DNA of 64,000 bases from Eledone cirrhosa. Taxonomy: Eukaryota. Each line of letters starts with the position of its first letter. Position 1 is the first letter of the stretch. A program made the position numbers and the translations under genes. The stretch is from NCBI GenBank assembly GCA_964016885.1, contig OZ024740.1, positions 271,064,001-271,128,000 on the forward strand. Reading direction: 5' to 3'. The notes beneath the pieces are model-generated. The model was not told the DNA's origin, ran no database searches, and saw only the letters and a program-made list of their open reading frames with translations. Below are positions 1-13,200 of this stretch, one piece after another.

Positions 1-44
1 ATCTACTATACCATCAGGTGATGCTTTCGAAGATCAACCAGCAG
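1..44 (+). CDS. Probable 3' end of a linker exon of the multi-VWA gene (..STIPSGDAFEDQPA), cut by the window edge
   Basis: Open frame ending CAG|GTATAG in phase 1; the final G joins AA at 3214 to give Glu before the first Cys of VWA1. Confidence 0.5.
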
Positions 45-238
45 GTATAGTGTATATATATATTTATGTTTCAAGATATGTGTGTATATAGAAATATATA
101 CTAGAGTATCGACTAAAGTTTCTTATATAAATTGTTTCTCGTATATTTATTGTTTTATATAAGATTCTTATAGATCTGATGTTTGATCAAATGTTTGTTA
201 TGTCAATTTTTATTATCCGGTTATAATTTCCCCATGAC

Positions 239-490
239 TACTTTTATTTGCTTAAACATCATATCTGTTATAGCATATGTCCGATATCATATATTCTATA
301 GTCTATATTTAACAAATTTTATCACGGAGGCTACTTTATTTGTTTAAACATCATATGTTTTATACCATATGTCCGATATCATATATTCTATAGTCTATAT
401 TTAACAAATTTTATCACGGAGGCTATTTTTATTTGTTTAAACATCATATATTCTATAGTCTATATTTAGAAAATCTTATTGCGGAGACTA
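239..490. repeat. About 92-bp tandem repeat, roughly 2.5-3 copies
   Basis: ctactttatttgtttaaacatcatat...ttttatcacggagg recurs at about 239, 331 and 423. Confidence 0.75.
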
Positions 491-1080
491 AAATGGAAGA
501 AGAAAACTCCAAACATTAAGGACAAGATAGGAAAAAAATAACGATATATGATTCTTGCTACTAAATACCAGGACTATTATGATTTATCAAAAGATAGTAC
601 TGAAGGCTCATTTTCGTGACAGAAATATTAAGCGCAAGTGAGTGGCTATGAGTGGGCGTTTCTGTGTATATGTGTTTGTGTGTGTGTGTGTGTATTGTCG
701 GTATGTGTCTATGTGTGAACTTGTTAATCCCTCTGCTTATATTTACTGTTGGTTTATGTTTCGTAACTCAGCCGTTTTACAAACAAGTGATCGATAGAAA
801 AAATACTTGTAGATTATAAATGTATTCACAAAAGTCGAGAATTAGAATTTCCCACGCCACCACAAGTGGAGACATACTCGAGAGAAATATGAGTGAATAG
901 CGAGAGATAATACAGAACTCTGATGGCAATTTGTCAAGGTGAGCAGGAAGCTCCTAGGACTTGGAAGAAAAGTATGAGGGTTGATATGTTCGACTAAATC
1001 CTTTCAGGGCGGTTTCCCAGTATGTTAGTTGACTGAAACAAGTATAAATGTATAGGAACGAAACGAAACATCACTCCGAT

Positions 1081-1702
1081 AATAATTGTTTCCACTTTTG
1101 GCACAAGGCCAGCAATTATTTCAGGGTATTACTGGTACTTTATTTTATCGACCCCGTAAGGATGAAAGGCAAAGTTAACCACGGTGGGATTTGAACTCAG
1201 AATGGCAAGGGCCGTAACTCTATGCGTCAAAGCATGGCATCCGACCCTATAAATAATGAATGAATATTACATAATTTATCTTCTAAATTTCGTGGCTGTT
1301 CATAAAAGGCCGTAACTCTATGCTGCAAAGCATAGCGTCCGACCCCCTACCGATATTGCCAATCCCCAAATAATGATTGTTTCTACTATAGGCACAAGGC
1401 TACAATTTTTTTTTTTTTTTTTTAGGCGGGGGGGAGTGGAAACTCGATTAAATCGAAACCAGTATGTTACTGGTGCGTTATTTTGACGACCCCATAAGGT
1501 GGATTTGAACTCAGAACGCAATGGGCCGTAACTTTATGCCGCGAAGCATGTTATCCGATGCTCAACTGATACTGCCAACAATAATAATAATAATTGTTTC
1601 TATTTAGGGACAAGGCCAGCAATTTTCGAGGAAGGGAAAATTGATTAAATCGATCCCAGTTCATTATTGGTGCTTTATTTTATCCACCCCGTAAGGATGA
1701 AA
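1081..1702 (-). mobile_element. Cluster of three tRNA-derived SINE copies (main family)
   Basis: Shared body tgtttctac..ggcacaaggcc..gaccccgtaaggatgaaagg..ggatttgaactcag (B box on the minus strand; third copy truncated). Confidence 0.8.
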
Positions 1703-1707
1703 TTAGA

Positions 1708-2859
1708 AATCACCCGCTGGTCAGTGGGCTGTAGAATAGGGGTGGTGTTGGTGGAAGGTAGAGAACCTTTATAAACTTGAACTCTTCGAGTATGTCATCT
1801 TCGAGATTAGGTGGGTGATTAGATGCATTGCCCAGGACGAGAAGGGTTTGCAGGGATAAGTTTTCCTGGAGATATTTCTTAACGTCAGGACCAAATTCAC
1901 CCACTCCACAAAGAACTGCTTGGTGACCCATGCCCTCGGGTTTGCCTGCCACATAACCTGCAGTTTTTCCTTTGGAAACTTATGTGACTTAAAGGCTCTG
2001 GGATTTTCGAAATGATAAACGAGCAGCAGCTTAATCTTGCAGTCGCCGCTCTCATTGGCACACAGTGCGAGGGTTAGCCTGGCATCCTCTTCTGCTCTGC
2101 CGTTATATAAGTCCTCCTTGGCATCTTCTTCCAAAAAAGCCCAGTCTTGTCACAGTTGAAAACTTGCTGAGGGATGTATCCTTCGGCTGCTATAATTCCG
2201 GCAAAAATTTTGAAGTAATCCTCAGCTACCTTCATATCCGCGCTCGCTGCCTCACCATGTCTGACAACGGAGTGAATGCCGATCCTCTTTTAAACATTCT
2301 CGAACCAGCCCCGACTAGCTTTAAACAGCTCACCCGACGCCTCGGCCATCGAAGTGCCTTGGGTCTGCTGCAGCAAATCAGCGTAAATACCTCGTGCCCT
2401 CTCGCAGATTATAGCCTCCGTCACGGTATCTCCTGCGAGCTGCTTCTCCATCAACCACTCCATTAGTAGCTTTTCCATATTTTCACGGATAGATGTCCGC
2501 TGTTTAGAAATTATTTTAACGCCATTGACTGGCGTTATAACCTTTATCGACTCCTTCTGCTTCAGTATGGTGCAGGTCGTAGAAGTGCTACGTCCGTACT
2601 GCTTCGCCAAGACGACTTACACGCACACCTTCGTCGTGTTTTTCGATAATTTCTTTCTTTAATTCAATGCACATCATACGATTTTTCTTCTCAGCACTGT
2701 CCTTCGCGCTCACTTTCTTCGGCCCCATGGGATGCTGAGGGTGGATGTTACGGCGTTCACTGTGGCGTTCGCTACGCCAACTAAGGGTGGAGTATCTGAA
2801 GCTGGCTCGTATCTCGAAAAACTCGTTAGTCGGGACACTCGTAAGTCAAGGTACCACTG
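1708..2859 (-). mobile_element. Decayed Tigger/pogo DNA transposon (CENP-B HTH plus DDE transposase remnants)
   Basis: Frameshifted peptides MGPKK..., EKLLMEWL, FKASRGWF, RLTLALCANESGD, LLVLGNASNHP; terminus CAGTGGTACCTTGACTTACGA next to TA at 2860. Confidence 0.9.
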
Positions 2860-2904
2860 TATTCGGTTGAAGATCTGTCAGAGGTCAAGAGATGATTATA
2901 ATAA

Positions 2905-3130
2905 TAATTATTTCTTATTTAGGCACAAGGCCAACAATTTTTTTTTTTTTTTTTGGTGGTTTGGGGTGAAAAGTCGATTAAATCGACCCTAGTGGGTTAC
3001 TGGTACTTTATCTTATCGACCCCGTAAGGATGAAATGTAAAGCTGTGGGATTTGAACTCAGGACGTAAAGAACCATAACTATATGCCACAAAGTATGTTG
3101 TCCGACGCTCTACCGATACTGCCAATCCAA
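2905..3130 (-). mobile_element. tRNA-derived SINE (main family)
   Basis: A box TGGCAGTATCGG and B box GAGTTCAAATCC on the minus strand, with the family body. Confidence 0.8.
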
Positions 3131-3213
3131 ATGATATGTTTAGTTCACTTCTACATCTAAGAATTAATTGTATTGAAGCTTTTAGATTCACTCTTTGTTT
3201 ATTTTATTTTCAG

Positions 3214-3780
3214 AATGCAATTCAACAACGGCTGACATCCTCTTCATTCTTGATTCATCTGGAAGTGTATCAAATGCCGACTTCATTAAAATGACTACTT
3301 TTGTCGAAGAAATGGTAAAAGGCTTCGACGTGGGCAAAGATAAAGTCCGTGTAGCAGTTAGTTTATTTGCTGGGAGCACCGTTGAACAATTCAATCTCAA
3401 TCGATTCTTCGACAAAAATGCCCTGCTCACTGCCATAGGAAGCATTGCAAGAATTTCAGGCAACACCAATACAGCTGATGCACTTACCAGAGCACGCACT
3501 GTAACATTTACCGTTGGTAACGGTGATAGACCTCGCGTTCCTAATATCGTAATTGTCATTACTGATGGTAATTCTAATAATGCCCAGATGACAGCTACCG
3601 CAGCCTCTCAGCTAAAATTAACTCCGGCTGTTGTGTTCTCCATCGGTGTTGGCACTAATATACGCCAAAGTGAGTTACAAGCGATTGCTACAGGTCCGGC
3701 CACTTCACATGTGTTTACAGTTACCAATTTTGCAGCCCTCAAAAACATCAAAAAGGAACTGGCCACCAAAACATGCGAAG
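3214..3780 (+). CDS. VWA domain exon 1 (matrilin/collagen VI-like protein)
   Basis: ttttcag acceptor and G|GTAAAA donor; 567 nt, phase 1-1; DILFILDSSGSV (MIDAS), TNT, VITDG, flanking Cys. Confidence 0.93.
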
Positions 3781-4002
3781 GTAAAACAAGTATTACTGTT
3801 GTTTAGCTTCTTATACTGCTTTTTTTTTAAAAAGCTAGGCTACATATTGTCTTATTATTTCTCATACTCGAATCAAATAGCCACCAGGAGCTATATGGAT
3901 GTTTGTGTTCGATCTAAACTATAATAAAGTAAGAAGCGCGGGACTGCGTACGGTTTATAATTTTTTATCCCATTAGTAAAATGAGTTGGATTACTTTGAA
4001 TA

Positions 4003-4170
4003 AATAATTGTTTCTACTATTGGCACAAGGCCAGCAATTATCCAGTGCATTACTGGAACTTTATTTTATCGACCCCGTAAGGATGAAAGGCAAAGTTAAC
4101 CTCGGCGGGATTTGAACACAGAATGGCAAGGGCCGTAACTCTATGCGTCAAAGCATGGCGTCCGACTCTA
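4003..4170 (-). mobile_element. 5'-truncated SINE with taaataat target-site duplication
   Basis: Family body; taaataat on both sides. Confidence 0.8.
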
Positions 4171-4952
4171 TAAATAATGAATGAATATTACATAATTTAT
4201 CTTCTAAATTTCGTGGCTGTTCATTAAATATATTTTATTATTTATTTAAAGATTCACTTCTTTAAAATTTTCAAATGTCAACACTTCAGGTGGTGATCGC
4301 TTAAATAAGTACTCATATATTTCCGTCACTAATTTTTTCCTAATGCAGTTTATATATAATATCGTCTTTTTTTAATGTATCATGGATTACGTTACTGATT
4401 ACATAAGACAGTGTAATGCAGTCTTCGTTTAATTTCTGTGTATATTGTCAATTACGATTTTATTTGACATGCATATACTTGCATATAATATCAATATATA
4501 CACTACACATGCCAGCAGAAATCCACCCGAAGGGTGGTTTTTCTGCTAGTGTATTTAATCAGAGTGTAAACCAGGATTCAACGGTAAAGTAGACCAACGC
4601 AATTGGAAGCTCTTCTCTACATGTGCGTGTCAATTTTGCCTTCTCTAGACTCCAAGAAGTAATTGAACTTCATATTGCAAAGCTAAAACAAAACATTCAT
4701 TAATTAAAGCCATAAGATCATTTTAACAGCTAGATGAACTGAATTAGTGACAATTAAATCAGGTGGCGTTAATATAATGTTTTAGATAACTTTCTGTTTG
4801 ACTTGTATTTTTGCAATGTGATTTGAACCGCTGACATATGGGTTACATCCTTCAACTCTACTTTCTCACCTGGACATATATTAGCTTATTAAACATAATC
4901 CAATTTCAAACATATTTCGTTCTAATGAAGAAAAGGAATAGGGTACGAAATT

Positions 4953-5415
4953 ATTTGTTTCTACTTTAGGCACAAGGCCAGCAATTACCCAGTTCATTAC
5001 TGGTACTTTATTTTATCGACCCCGTAAGGATGAAAAGCAAAGTCAACCTCGGCGGGATTTGAACTCAGATCGTAAAGGGACGTAACTATGCTGGAAAGCA
5101 TGGCGTCCGACCCTCTACCGATACTGCCAATCCACCGCCGTATGAAATTATTAAGATCCAATTTGATTTTATTTGAAAAGTTCTGTCGAGCATATTAATA
5201 TAGATTTCTAATTTAGATACAAGGCTAGCTAATTCGGGGTAGAGAAAAATTGATTAAATCAATTCCAGTACTTGAATGATACTTTATTTTATCGAGCCTG
5301 GAAGGATGAAAGGCAACGTTGACCTCGGTGAGGGTTGAACTGAGAATGTAATGAGCCAGAATAAATCCCGTTATGACATTTTAACCGATGCTTTACCAAA
5401 TCTGAGCGTCCACTA
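4953..5415 (-). mobile_element. Two SINE copies (one young and full length, one diverged)
   Basis: Full head ggcggtggattggcagtatcgg at about 5139; second copy at about 5205-5415 is degenerate. Confidence 0.75.
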
Positions 5416-6619
5416 CACTGACAGGCATAGTAACATTGAATCCGAGTTGAATAGAGTTGATTTTTCTATCATAACTGCGGCACACCTATTGACGCCAGGA
5501 CAGAAATCACGCAGTAATTATACAGTTTACCACACCTTTGCAACCTTAATATGTGCCTTCCTGTAATATTTAACTAAATCAAACGTGGGAATTGAACTAG
5601 CAAATGTTTCCTACTTTGGTTTGGAAGCAGGATACTCTGAATATTAATTGATTTGGTCACTGCAGACTCTGCAGTTATTCTGGATATTTCGTTTTAAATA
5701 ACATTCTGCTTCTCTCGTACGTCATGTACCTTTTCGCAGCGATGTTCGTTGATTCAGGATATATCTATATTTTAATTAGCTGTAACCGAAGCTCTCTCTC
5801 TCTCTCTCTCTCGCTCTCTCTTTCACTCTCTCTCTCTCTCTCTCTTATTCTTTTTATCCCTTTTCTCTCCAATACGTACACACGCTATCGAGAAGGATGC
5901 TATTCGACGAAACAGATGCTACGTTGGATCATGCACCGCCGTTTGGTTATAAAATAGATAAAGTATAACGGTCGATATAATTGAATATTGTGCTGCAACG
6001 TGATTAGGGTTCAATGACCAAAACTCTTGAAAATATAAGTATAACTATAGCGTGCATCGTCAAAGCCTAAATGTTAATTGTTTCACTTCTTCAGGGTTCA
6101 CGTGAAAAACAATTTCAATGATGCTGTTAGAGGTTTATCAGCGAATTAGTATTTTGTGCTCTTTTCCAGTCACCTTTGAAAATAGTTTTATTATATATTG
6201 ACATGAACAAGAAACTATGTTAGAATATTCAATTAACCCATGAGAAACTCACGCCAAATAAGACAAAATAAGACAAAAGAAATGTTGATAACAAATTAAA
6301 GTAATTTACGAAATACTAAACTGGATAAAAATATCCAAATTCGATTAGTAAGAATTGAACTAAAACCTATTTTGACTTTTCAATAAGCTGAAATTAGAAA
6401 TGATTTCAAACAATTGGGAAAATTTGATTCAGCGTCAAATCTAATGTAACATCAATAGTTAAACAGTTGATATACAAATTGTTGTTGTTGTTGTGATTGT
6501 TAAAACCTCGACCAATTTTAATGAAACAGATCTATGATAAAAGCCATTTAAGCCATGATTATTCTGGTCTTTCTTTTTCTATATCAAAGACTGGATTATT
6601 GTGTCCTTTTAATATGTCA

Positions 6620-6830
6620 GTGAAGGCGCATGGCTTAGTAGTTAGAGGGTGGAGCTTGCAATCAGGAGGTTGCGAGTTCGATTCTCGGACCGGGTAATGC
6701 GTTGTGTCCTTGAGCAAGACACTTTATTTCGCCTTGCTCCAGTTTATTCAGCTGTAGAAATAAGTTGCGATGTCACTAGTGCCAAGCTGCATCGGTCATT
6801 GCTTTTCCCTTGGACAACATCAGAGGCGTA
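6620..6830 (+). mobile_element. Second tRNA-derived SINE family
   Basis: A box TGGCTTAGTAG, B box GAGTTCGATTC, then tgtgtccttgagcaagacacttt, typical of SINE central domains; decayed relative at about 59790-59995. Confidence 0.75.
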
Positions 6831-7653
6831 GATATTTATGCATGTATGGCGAACCGCATTTATTCTAGCTATTATAAAAAGCAAAATGAAGGCTTCCCCT
6901 TCGAAAGAAGGAGAAGAAGAAGAAGAAAATGGCAGAATTGTCATTCAGTGGTTATTAGCAGCTATTTCTATGTAGTCTACCACTGTATATCTGTGTTCCT
7001 AACTATAGAATAAGTCATTTATATAGTAGAGTTGTATAATTATATGATTGTATGATTTCTATATAAATGATAAACACAACCACGAGGATATGGTCCGAAC
7101 GTGGAAGAGCCGAACTCCCACTGACATCGCCTCCATCTCTCTCGCCCTCCCTTGTCTTGTTGTTGTTTTTTTTCATTACAACACATATCGACATATACTT
7201 AGTGAATTAAAGAGACTGAAAATCTTTGCTTTTTGTTCAAATTAGTTGAAAATTCTCTACATTCTCTATCAATATTTCAATTGGGTAATGCACGCGTGTT
7301 ATATTGTCAAAATAGTTGACGTCTGATGAATGACAAGCCATGTACGGGTTCAAGAATGAGCAGAAATCACTAAGTACATTAACTGGTTTCTGACGGATAG
7401 CCAGTCAATGAATATCTCCAATTTCTTTGAATGGGCGGGAGGAACTGGCATAGAAAAAGGAATAGGAAAATTTAGAAAATGAAACATCAAAAGCGATTAG
7501 AGCGGATGTCTATTTGATTTAAAACATTTAAAGTAAAATTACTTAAACAGCCACATATGTGTACGCGCGTGTGTGTGTGTGTGTTTGTCTGTGTATATTC
7601 CTATGCCATATTGTTTTCTGTTATTTTTCATTCATTATACATATGTATATGTG

Positions 7654-7684
<31 letters not shown>

Positions 7685-7685
<1 letters not shown>

Positions 7686-8318
7686 AACGGAAAAAATGAA
7701 ACGAAATTTCATTTCCCACTTTTAGTACGGCTGTTACTTAAATATAAGTATGTACACGTACAGTAGTATGTATATATATATACATACATGCACACATATA
7801 TATATGTACGTATGGATTCACCAAACATTTATTATAATGCTCGGTGTGTCTGCAAACATCCCGTATTAAGCCGCAGTGTCCAGTAACCATCGTTGTTCGT
7901 TTGTTCAACACTGACAAAGGAACGCTGTACTAGTTTCAAGCTTATTAGCTATCGTCAGCAGCGTATACCTTCCTGCCAAATTGTTGAACGTATATACTTA
8001 CCTTATGCATATTAACGGCTGAGCAGCCTAATTTGCATATCGAGTGGGTTAATCGGCCGGGTGCACCGAAAACGATAAACGGAAAAAATGAAACGAAATT
8101 TCATTTCCCACTCTTAGTACGGCTGTTACTTAAATATAAGTATGTACACGTACAGTAGTATGTATATATATATACATACATGCACACATATATATATGTA
8201 CGTATGGATTCACCAAACATTTATTATAATGCTCGGTGTGTCTGCAAACAAACATCCCGTATTAAGCCGCAGTGTCCAGCAACCATCGTTGCTCGTTTGT
8301 TCAACACTGACAAAGGAA
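7685..8318 (-). mobile_element. Non-coding hammerhead-bearing element with about 240-bp direct repeats (period about 392 bp); retrozyme or Penelope-like
   Basis: 7685-7922 repeated at 8077-8318; hammerhead directly at the repeat boundary. Confidence 0.75.
7922..7964 (-). ncRNA. Minimal type I hammerhead ribozyme
   Basis: ACGCUG-CUGACGA-U AGCU aaua AGCU U-GAAA-CUAG-UA^-CAGCGU: perfect 6-bp stem I, intact core, palindromic stem III, GUA site. Confidence 0.85.
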
Positions 8319-8419
8319 TATGCAGATCTGAGTGATCAGCCAGTCTGCTAACTTTTCGTTACCTGGTCTTACAATCCATTTTGCATTGATTAGACGTCTA
8401 TCTCTTTCCACGTTATATG

Positions 8420-8481
<62 letters not shown>

Positions 8482-8487
<6 letters not shown>

Positions 8488-8878
8488 GGGGAAAGAGATA
8501 GAAGGCTAATCAATGCAAAATGGATTGTAAGATGAGGTAACGAAAAGTAAGTTACCTGGTAGTCTTTGCTTTGTTTTTTTTGTTTTGTTTTTTGTTGTTC
8601 TTTTTTCTGTCCAATATTTCGGGACCTAAGAGTCCCTTCTTCAGGGTTTAAGGAACTTTAAGAAGATAATGTTCCAATTTCCACTCATTGGGATTACATT
8701 TTGATTTAAATTTCTTAAGTCGTTTTTAAGGGACTTTTAGGCCCCGAAATATTGGACAGAAAAAAGAACAACTAAAAAAAACAAAGATTACCAGGTAGCT
8801 TACTTTTCGTTACCTCATCTTACAATCTTACAGTCCATTTTGCATTGTTTAGCCTCCTACCTCTTTCCACGTTATATA
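8482..8878. repeat. Fold-back element with about 150-bp arms and a hammerhead-like motif (8609-8648, minus)
   Basis: Arms about 8482-8637 and 8728-8878; CUGAAGA A GGGAC..GUCCC GAAA UAUU; stem I weak. Confidence 0.65.
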
Positions 8879-9105
8879 TTATATACAATGCTTCAAGCAA
8901 ACTACATTTTATTATATATATATGTATATAAATGGCTTCTACAGGACTAGAACTGTTTCATTCGAATAGATGCCATTTCTATATTAAATATTGTGTATAC
9001 TCTACTATCGTATTGAGTACCATACTTACAGTGGTTACCCCCGATTGAACCCGCGACTCACATATCTATATCTATCTATCTATTTATCTCTCTCACTCTC
9101 TCTCC

Positions 9106-9224
<119 letters not shown>

Positions 9225-9264
9225 TGGACGTTAGAAAACGTTCTATACAGTTCGCAGTATATAA

Positions 9265-9597
9265 GGAAAATAATAGGATAAAGGTTTGAAAAGCGCACCT
9301 GATATGTATATAAAGGATATGTATAACATGTACAAAAATTGATGTTTATCAAAGCTTGCTTTTTCCGTATTGGATTATCGAAACATTTGTTATTAGGTTA
9401 AATTGTTTTTAACCTAATCGCGGTCGAGAATCAGCATGTAGAGAAAAGACAATTTAACCTAATAATAAATGTTTTTTTAAATCTAATATAGAAGAAGCAA
9501 GCTTTGCTAAACATCAATTTTTTATGCATGTTACAAAGATCCTTTAAACATATGCCAGCTGCGCTTTTCAAACCCTCTTTTTCAAATCGTTTTCCTT
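9265..9597. repeat. Older degenerate inverted repeat between microsatellites
   Basis: ggtttgaaaagcgca..ttgatgttta..aaagcttgctt..ttaggttaaattgt is mirrored at about 9444-9597. Confidence 0.6.
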
Positions 9598-9598
9598 A

Positions 9599-10003
<405 letters not shown>

Positions 10004-10209
10004 TTCTTTATTTACCATAAAAAGAAGGGACAAATACAAATGGGGAGTTTACATATAATCGAATAAAAAGGGTGTAACATGAAAATAATCGAAAATAACC
10101 TCAAAAGGGAGGGGACGTGATGGGGGTTGCACACACCCCCGAAAAAGTGTGCAATCCTTTGCCCGGGGAGCACATGGAGAAGGTGCTCCCCTCTCCTTTA
10201 CTTCTTTAC

Positions 10210-13200
10210 CTACAGGATGGTATACAGAGAAGGCCCATTTACACGAGCCATTCTCGCCACTATCACCCACCTTTCATAAAACTGCCTGTGGCCAAGCACC
10301 TCTCTCTCCATTCTTATCCTTCTTCCGAAGTGATATCGGAAGAAGTAGACCAGACTATGGCCAGAGAGGAAGTTGCCTGACCTCAGACCTTTCAATCGTG
10401 TCCACCAAACAACCTCTTTCAACATGGCTATTACGCACAGAAAAACCGCCTTTGCTTCCTTTGTGAAGAGGGGAGGCGGTTTGATTGTCATCACGGACTC
10501 GGCGGTCAATTTAATCGGCGCCACCCGCGACAGCAGTCGTTCGGCGTAGCCCCACAGATCAGCCACGCCCGGACATTGCACCAATGCGTGCGCAATGGTT
10601 TCTTCATGACGCACGCATCTAGGGCAAATCTTTTTTGAGGGATCCCTGCCCGGGCGCCCGTGTCTGTAGAGCCTCTCTCGAACGGGTAGAGCCCCCCGGT
10701 AGCACTGCCAGGCCAGTGACTTCTGGAAGTTGTCCATTGGTCCTGGGCCGAAATTCCTACCGAACAGGCTGGCCAGTTCGTCTTCTTCCATGTCCAGCGA
10801 CTCTCCAAGGGTGTCATCGCCCCTGCTAGCCACCAGCCCTCTATAGAATGATGAGGTGGATTCTCCACCGATGGCCTGGCCCGCTTGCCAGAGAGCCCTG
10901 AGCGCCTGAGCACACTCAGTGTGCCAGTCTCCCAGTTTTCCGGATCTTTGCTTGACCCAGGACTGTAGCTCGGTGAGCGAGACGAGTCTCGGAAAGGCTC
11001 GTTTCACGAACGGAGCCCACACCGGTTGACCAGTGAGGAATACCTGTAGGTGCCGTAGCCTTAATGCGTGCCTACGCATCATCAACCACGGCATCCCCAG
11101 CCCTCCTTTCGAAGGTTGTTGGCAGCAGATGGATCTTCTCACCATAGGAGGACGCTTCTTCCAAAGAAATTGGAAGAGCATGCGTTCCATGGTGGTGAGT
11201 GTTTCCTTAGGGCAAGGCACGACAGTCAGGCGGTAGTAAGTGACGGACGCTATGTAAATGTTCGCCACCTCCGCCCGGCCTTTTAGGGACAGCTTACACT
11301 TGGCCCATTTCTGGGTTAGTGCAAACACCTTGTTCGTAACCTCGTTCCAGTTCTTTTCCACCTGGAGGTCCGGTCCAAACCAGACCCCAAGCAACTTTAC
11401 CGGGCCCTCCGTCCAGTGTCCGACGACACCGTCAGGAGGCATCGGTCTGCCTCTCCACGTTCCGAGTTGCAGCCCGATGGATTTTTCCCGGTTCAGTTTC
11501 GCTCCTGACAACCTTTCGTACTCCTCCAGTAAGGTACCGATCGCCTCGATCTCCGAGTCGGTTGATACCATTACTGTTACGTCATCGGCGTAGGCCGACA
11601 CCGCTTTGCTCAATCCTGGTTCCAGGGGGATACCCTGCAACAACTCCAACTTCCTCAGTAAAGGCTCGAGAGTCAATACGTACAGAAGGGAGGAGAGAGG
11701 GCACCCCTGTCGAATGGATCGTGTGATTTCGAACGGCTTCGAAAGGTAGCCGTTCACCTTGATCTTAGAACAGATGTGGTTGCTATGTAGGGCAGTGATC
11801 CAGCCTCTGAAAACAGGACCGAACCCAGCCGCCGCTAGCACCGCATCCAGGTAACCATGGTCGACCCTATCGAAGGCCTTAGACTGATCTAAGTTGATCA
11901 GGGCCCCACCGAAGCCGGGTTTGTTGCCAACCCTCTCTATGATGTATCGCATGAGGTGGAGGTTATCGTGAATGGACCTGGATGGGATAGCACATGTCTG
12001 CGCATCTCCCACCAGGCCACCCACGACAAGCGCCAACCTCTTTGCTAACACCTTGGCCAAAATCTTTAACTCTGTGTTTAGCAGGGTTATGGGCCGAAAA
12101 TTATTTATATTATCCCCCTTGTTCTCGTCCTTCCTCACCAGTGTGACTACGAGGTATGGACCGAAATCCACGCCCCCGCCCGGACCCTCGCCTCCCCCGA
12201 ACAATCGGGCAAAGTGCTTTTGATAGGCCTCGCACATCTGCTTAGGCTCCCGGATCACCCGTCCATCTTCGTCTTGCAACGACCGGATGGTGGATCGATT
12301 TCCACTCTTAGCTTCTGTCACGCGGGCCCATCCAACGGCTTTGGCCCCCTCATTACCTAGAGCACGTATTTTACTTCGGATGACGCAGCATTCGTGCTTT
12401 GCATCGAAAAACTGGTTCAAGGCCGTCCTCGATGCCAGCACTCTGGCCACATCTTCGCTCTTGATTGCCTCTTCTAATTTACCTGTTAATTCTTTCTCGT
12501 TTCTATTCCTATCGGCAGCTAACATCTTGCTATAACTTATTGATTCTGTTCTAATCTCTCTTTTGAGAGATGCCCACCATCGGTTGTTGACGATTGCACC
12601 CGTCAACCTCTCCTTAACTAATCTGCTAATCCGGTTTCTGTAAGTCTCTTTTGCCGGTAAAGACAAATTAAGTTTCCAGTAACCGGGACCCTGTCTATGT
12701 GTTTTCTCGAGATTGACCACGCAGGTCACTAATTTGTGATCCGTGTAGCCAACCGTGCGCATTTCTGGACAGCTTAATATGTCCCTATCCTTACTTCTAA
12801 CTAAGAATCTATCTAAGTACGATCTAGATTGACCACTGTGGTTTCTCCAAGTCCAGGTAGGCACAGTTGGAAAATCTAGTCGATATCTATCGACCAAGTT
12901 AAAACGGTCGAGTAACCCCTTGAGGCTGTTACACCCCCCTCTATTAGGACATGCTCCTGCATAGTCCCAACGTGCATCCAGGATGTCATTCCAATCCCCC
13001 GCTAGAAGCAGGGAACGCGACGTTCCCAGAAAAGTCTCCAAACGCTGGAAGAAGTCGGGCCGTTCAGCTCCGAAAGGGGAGTAGACGGCGACCAGTCTCA
13101 AGGCCGCACTTTCACTACTGCCAACGTCTAGCACCAACAAACGACCCTCCGGGTCCGAGTGCACAACCTGTACGGCAAAACCCAGGTGTTTTTGCAGCAG

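Noticed and set aside
6620-6695. tRNA gene
   Set aside because: A and B boxes continue into a SINE body and the cloverleaf is incomplete; the same applies to the main SINE heads
7316-7400. CTGATGA...GAAA motif
   Set aside because: No convincing stem I or stem II in hammerhead register
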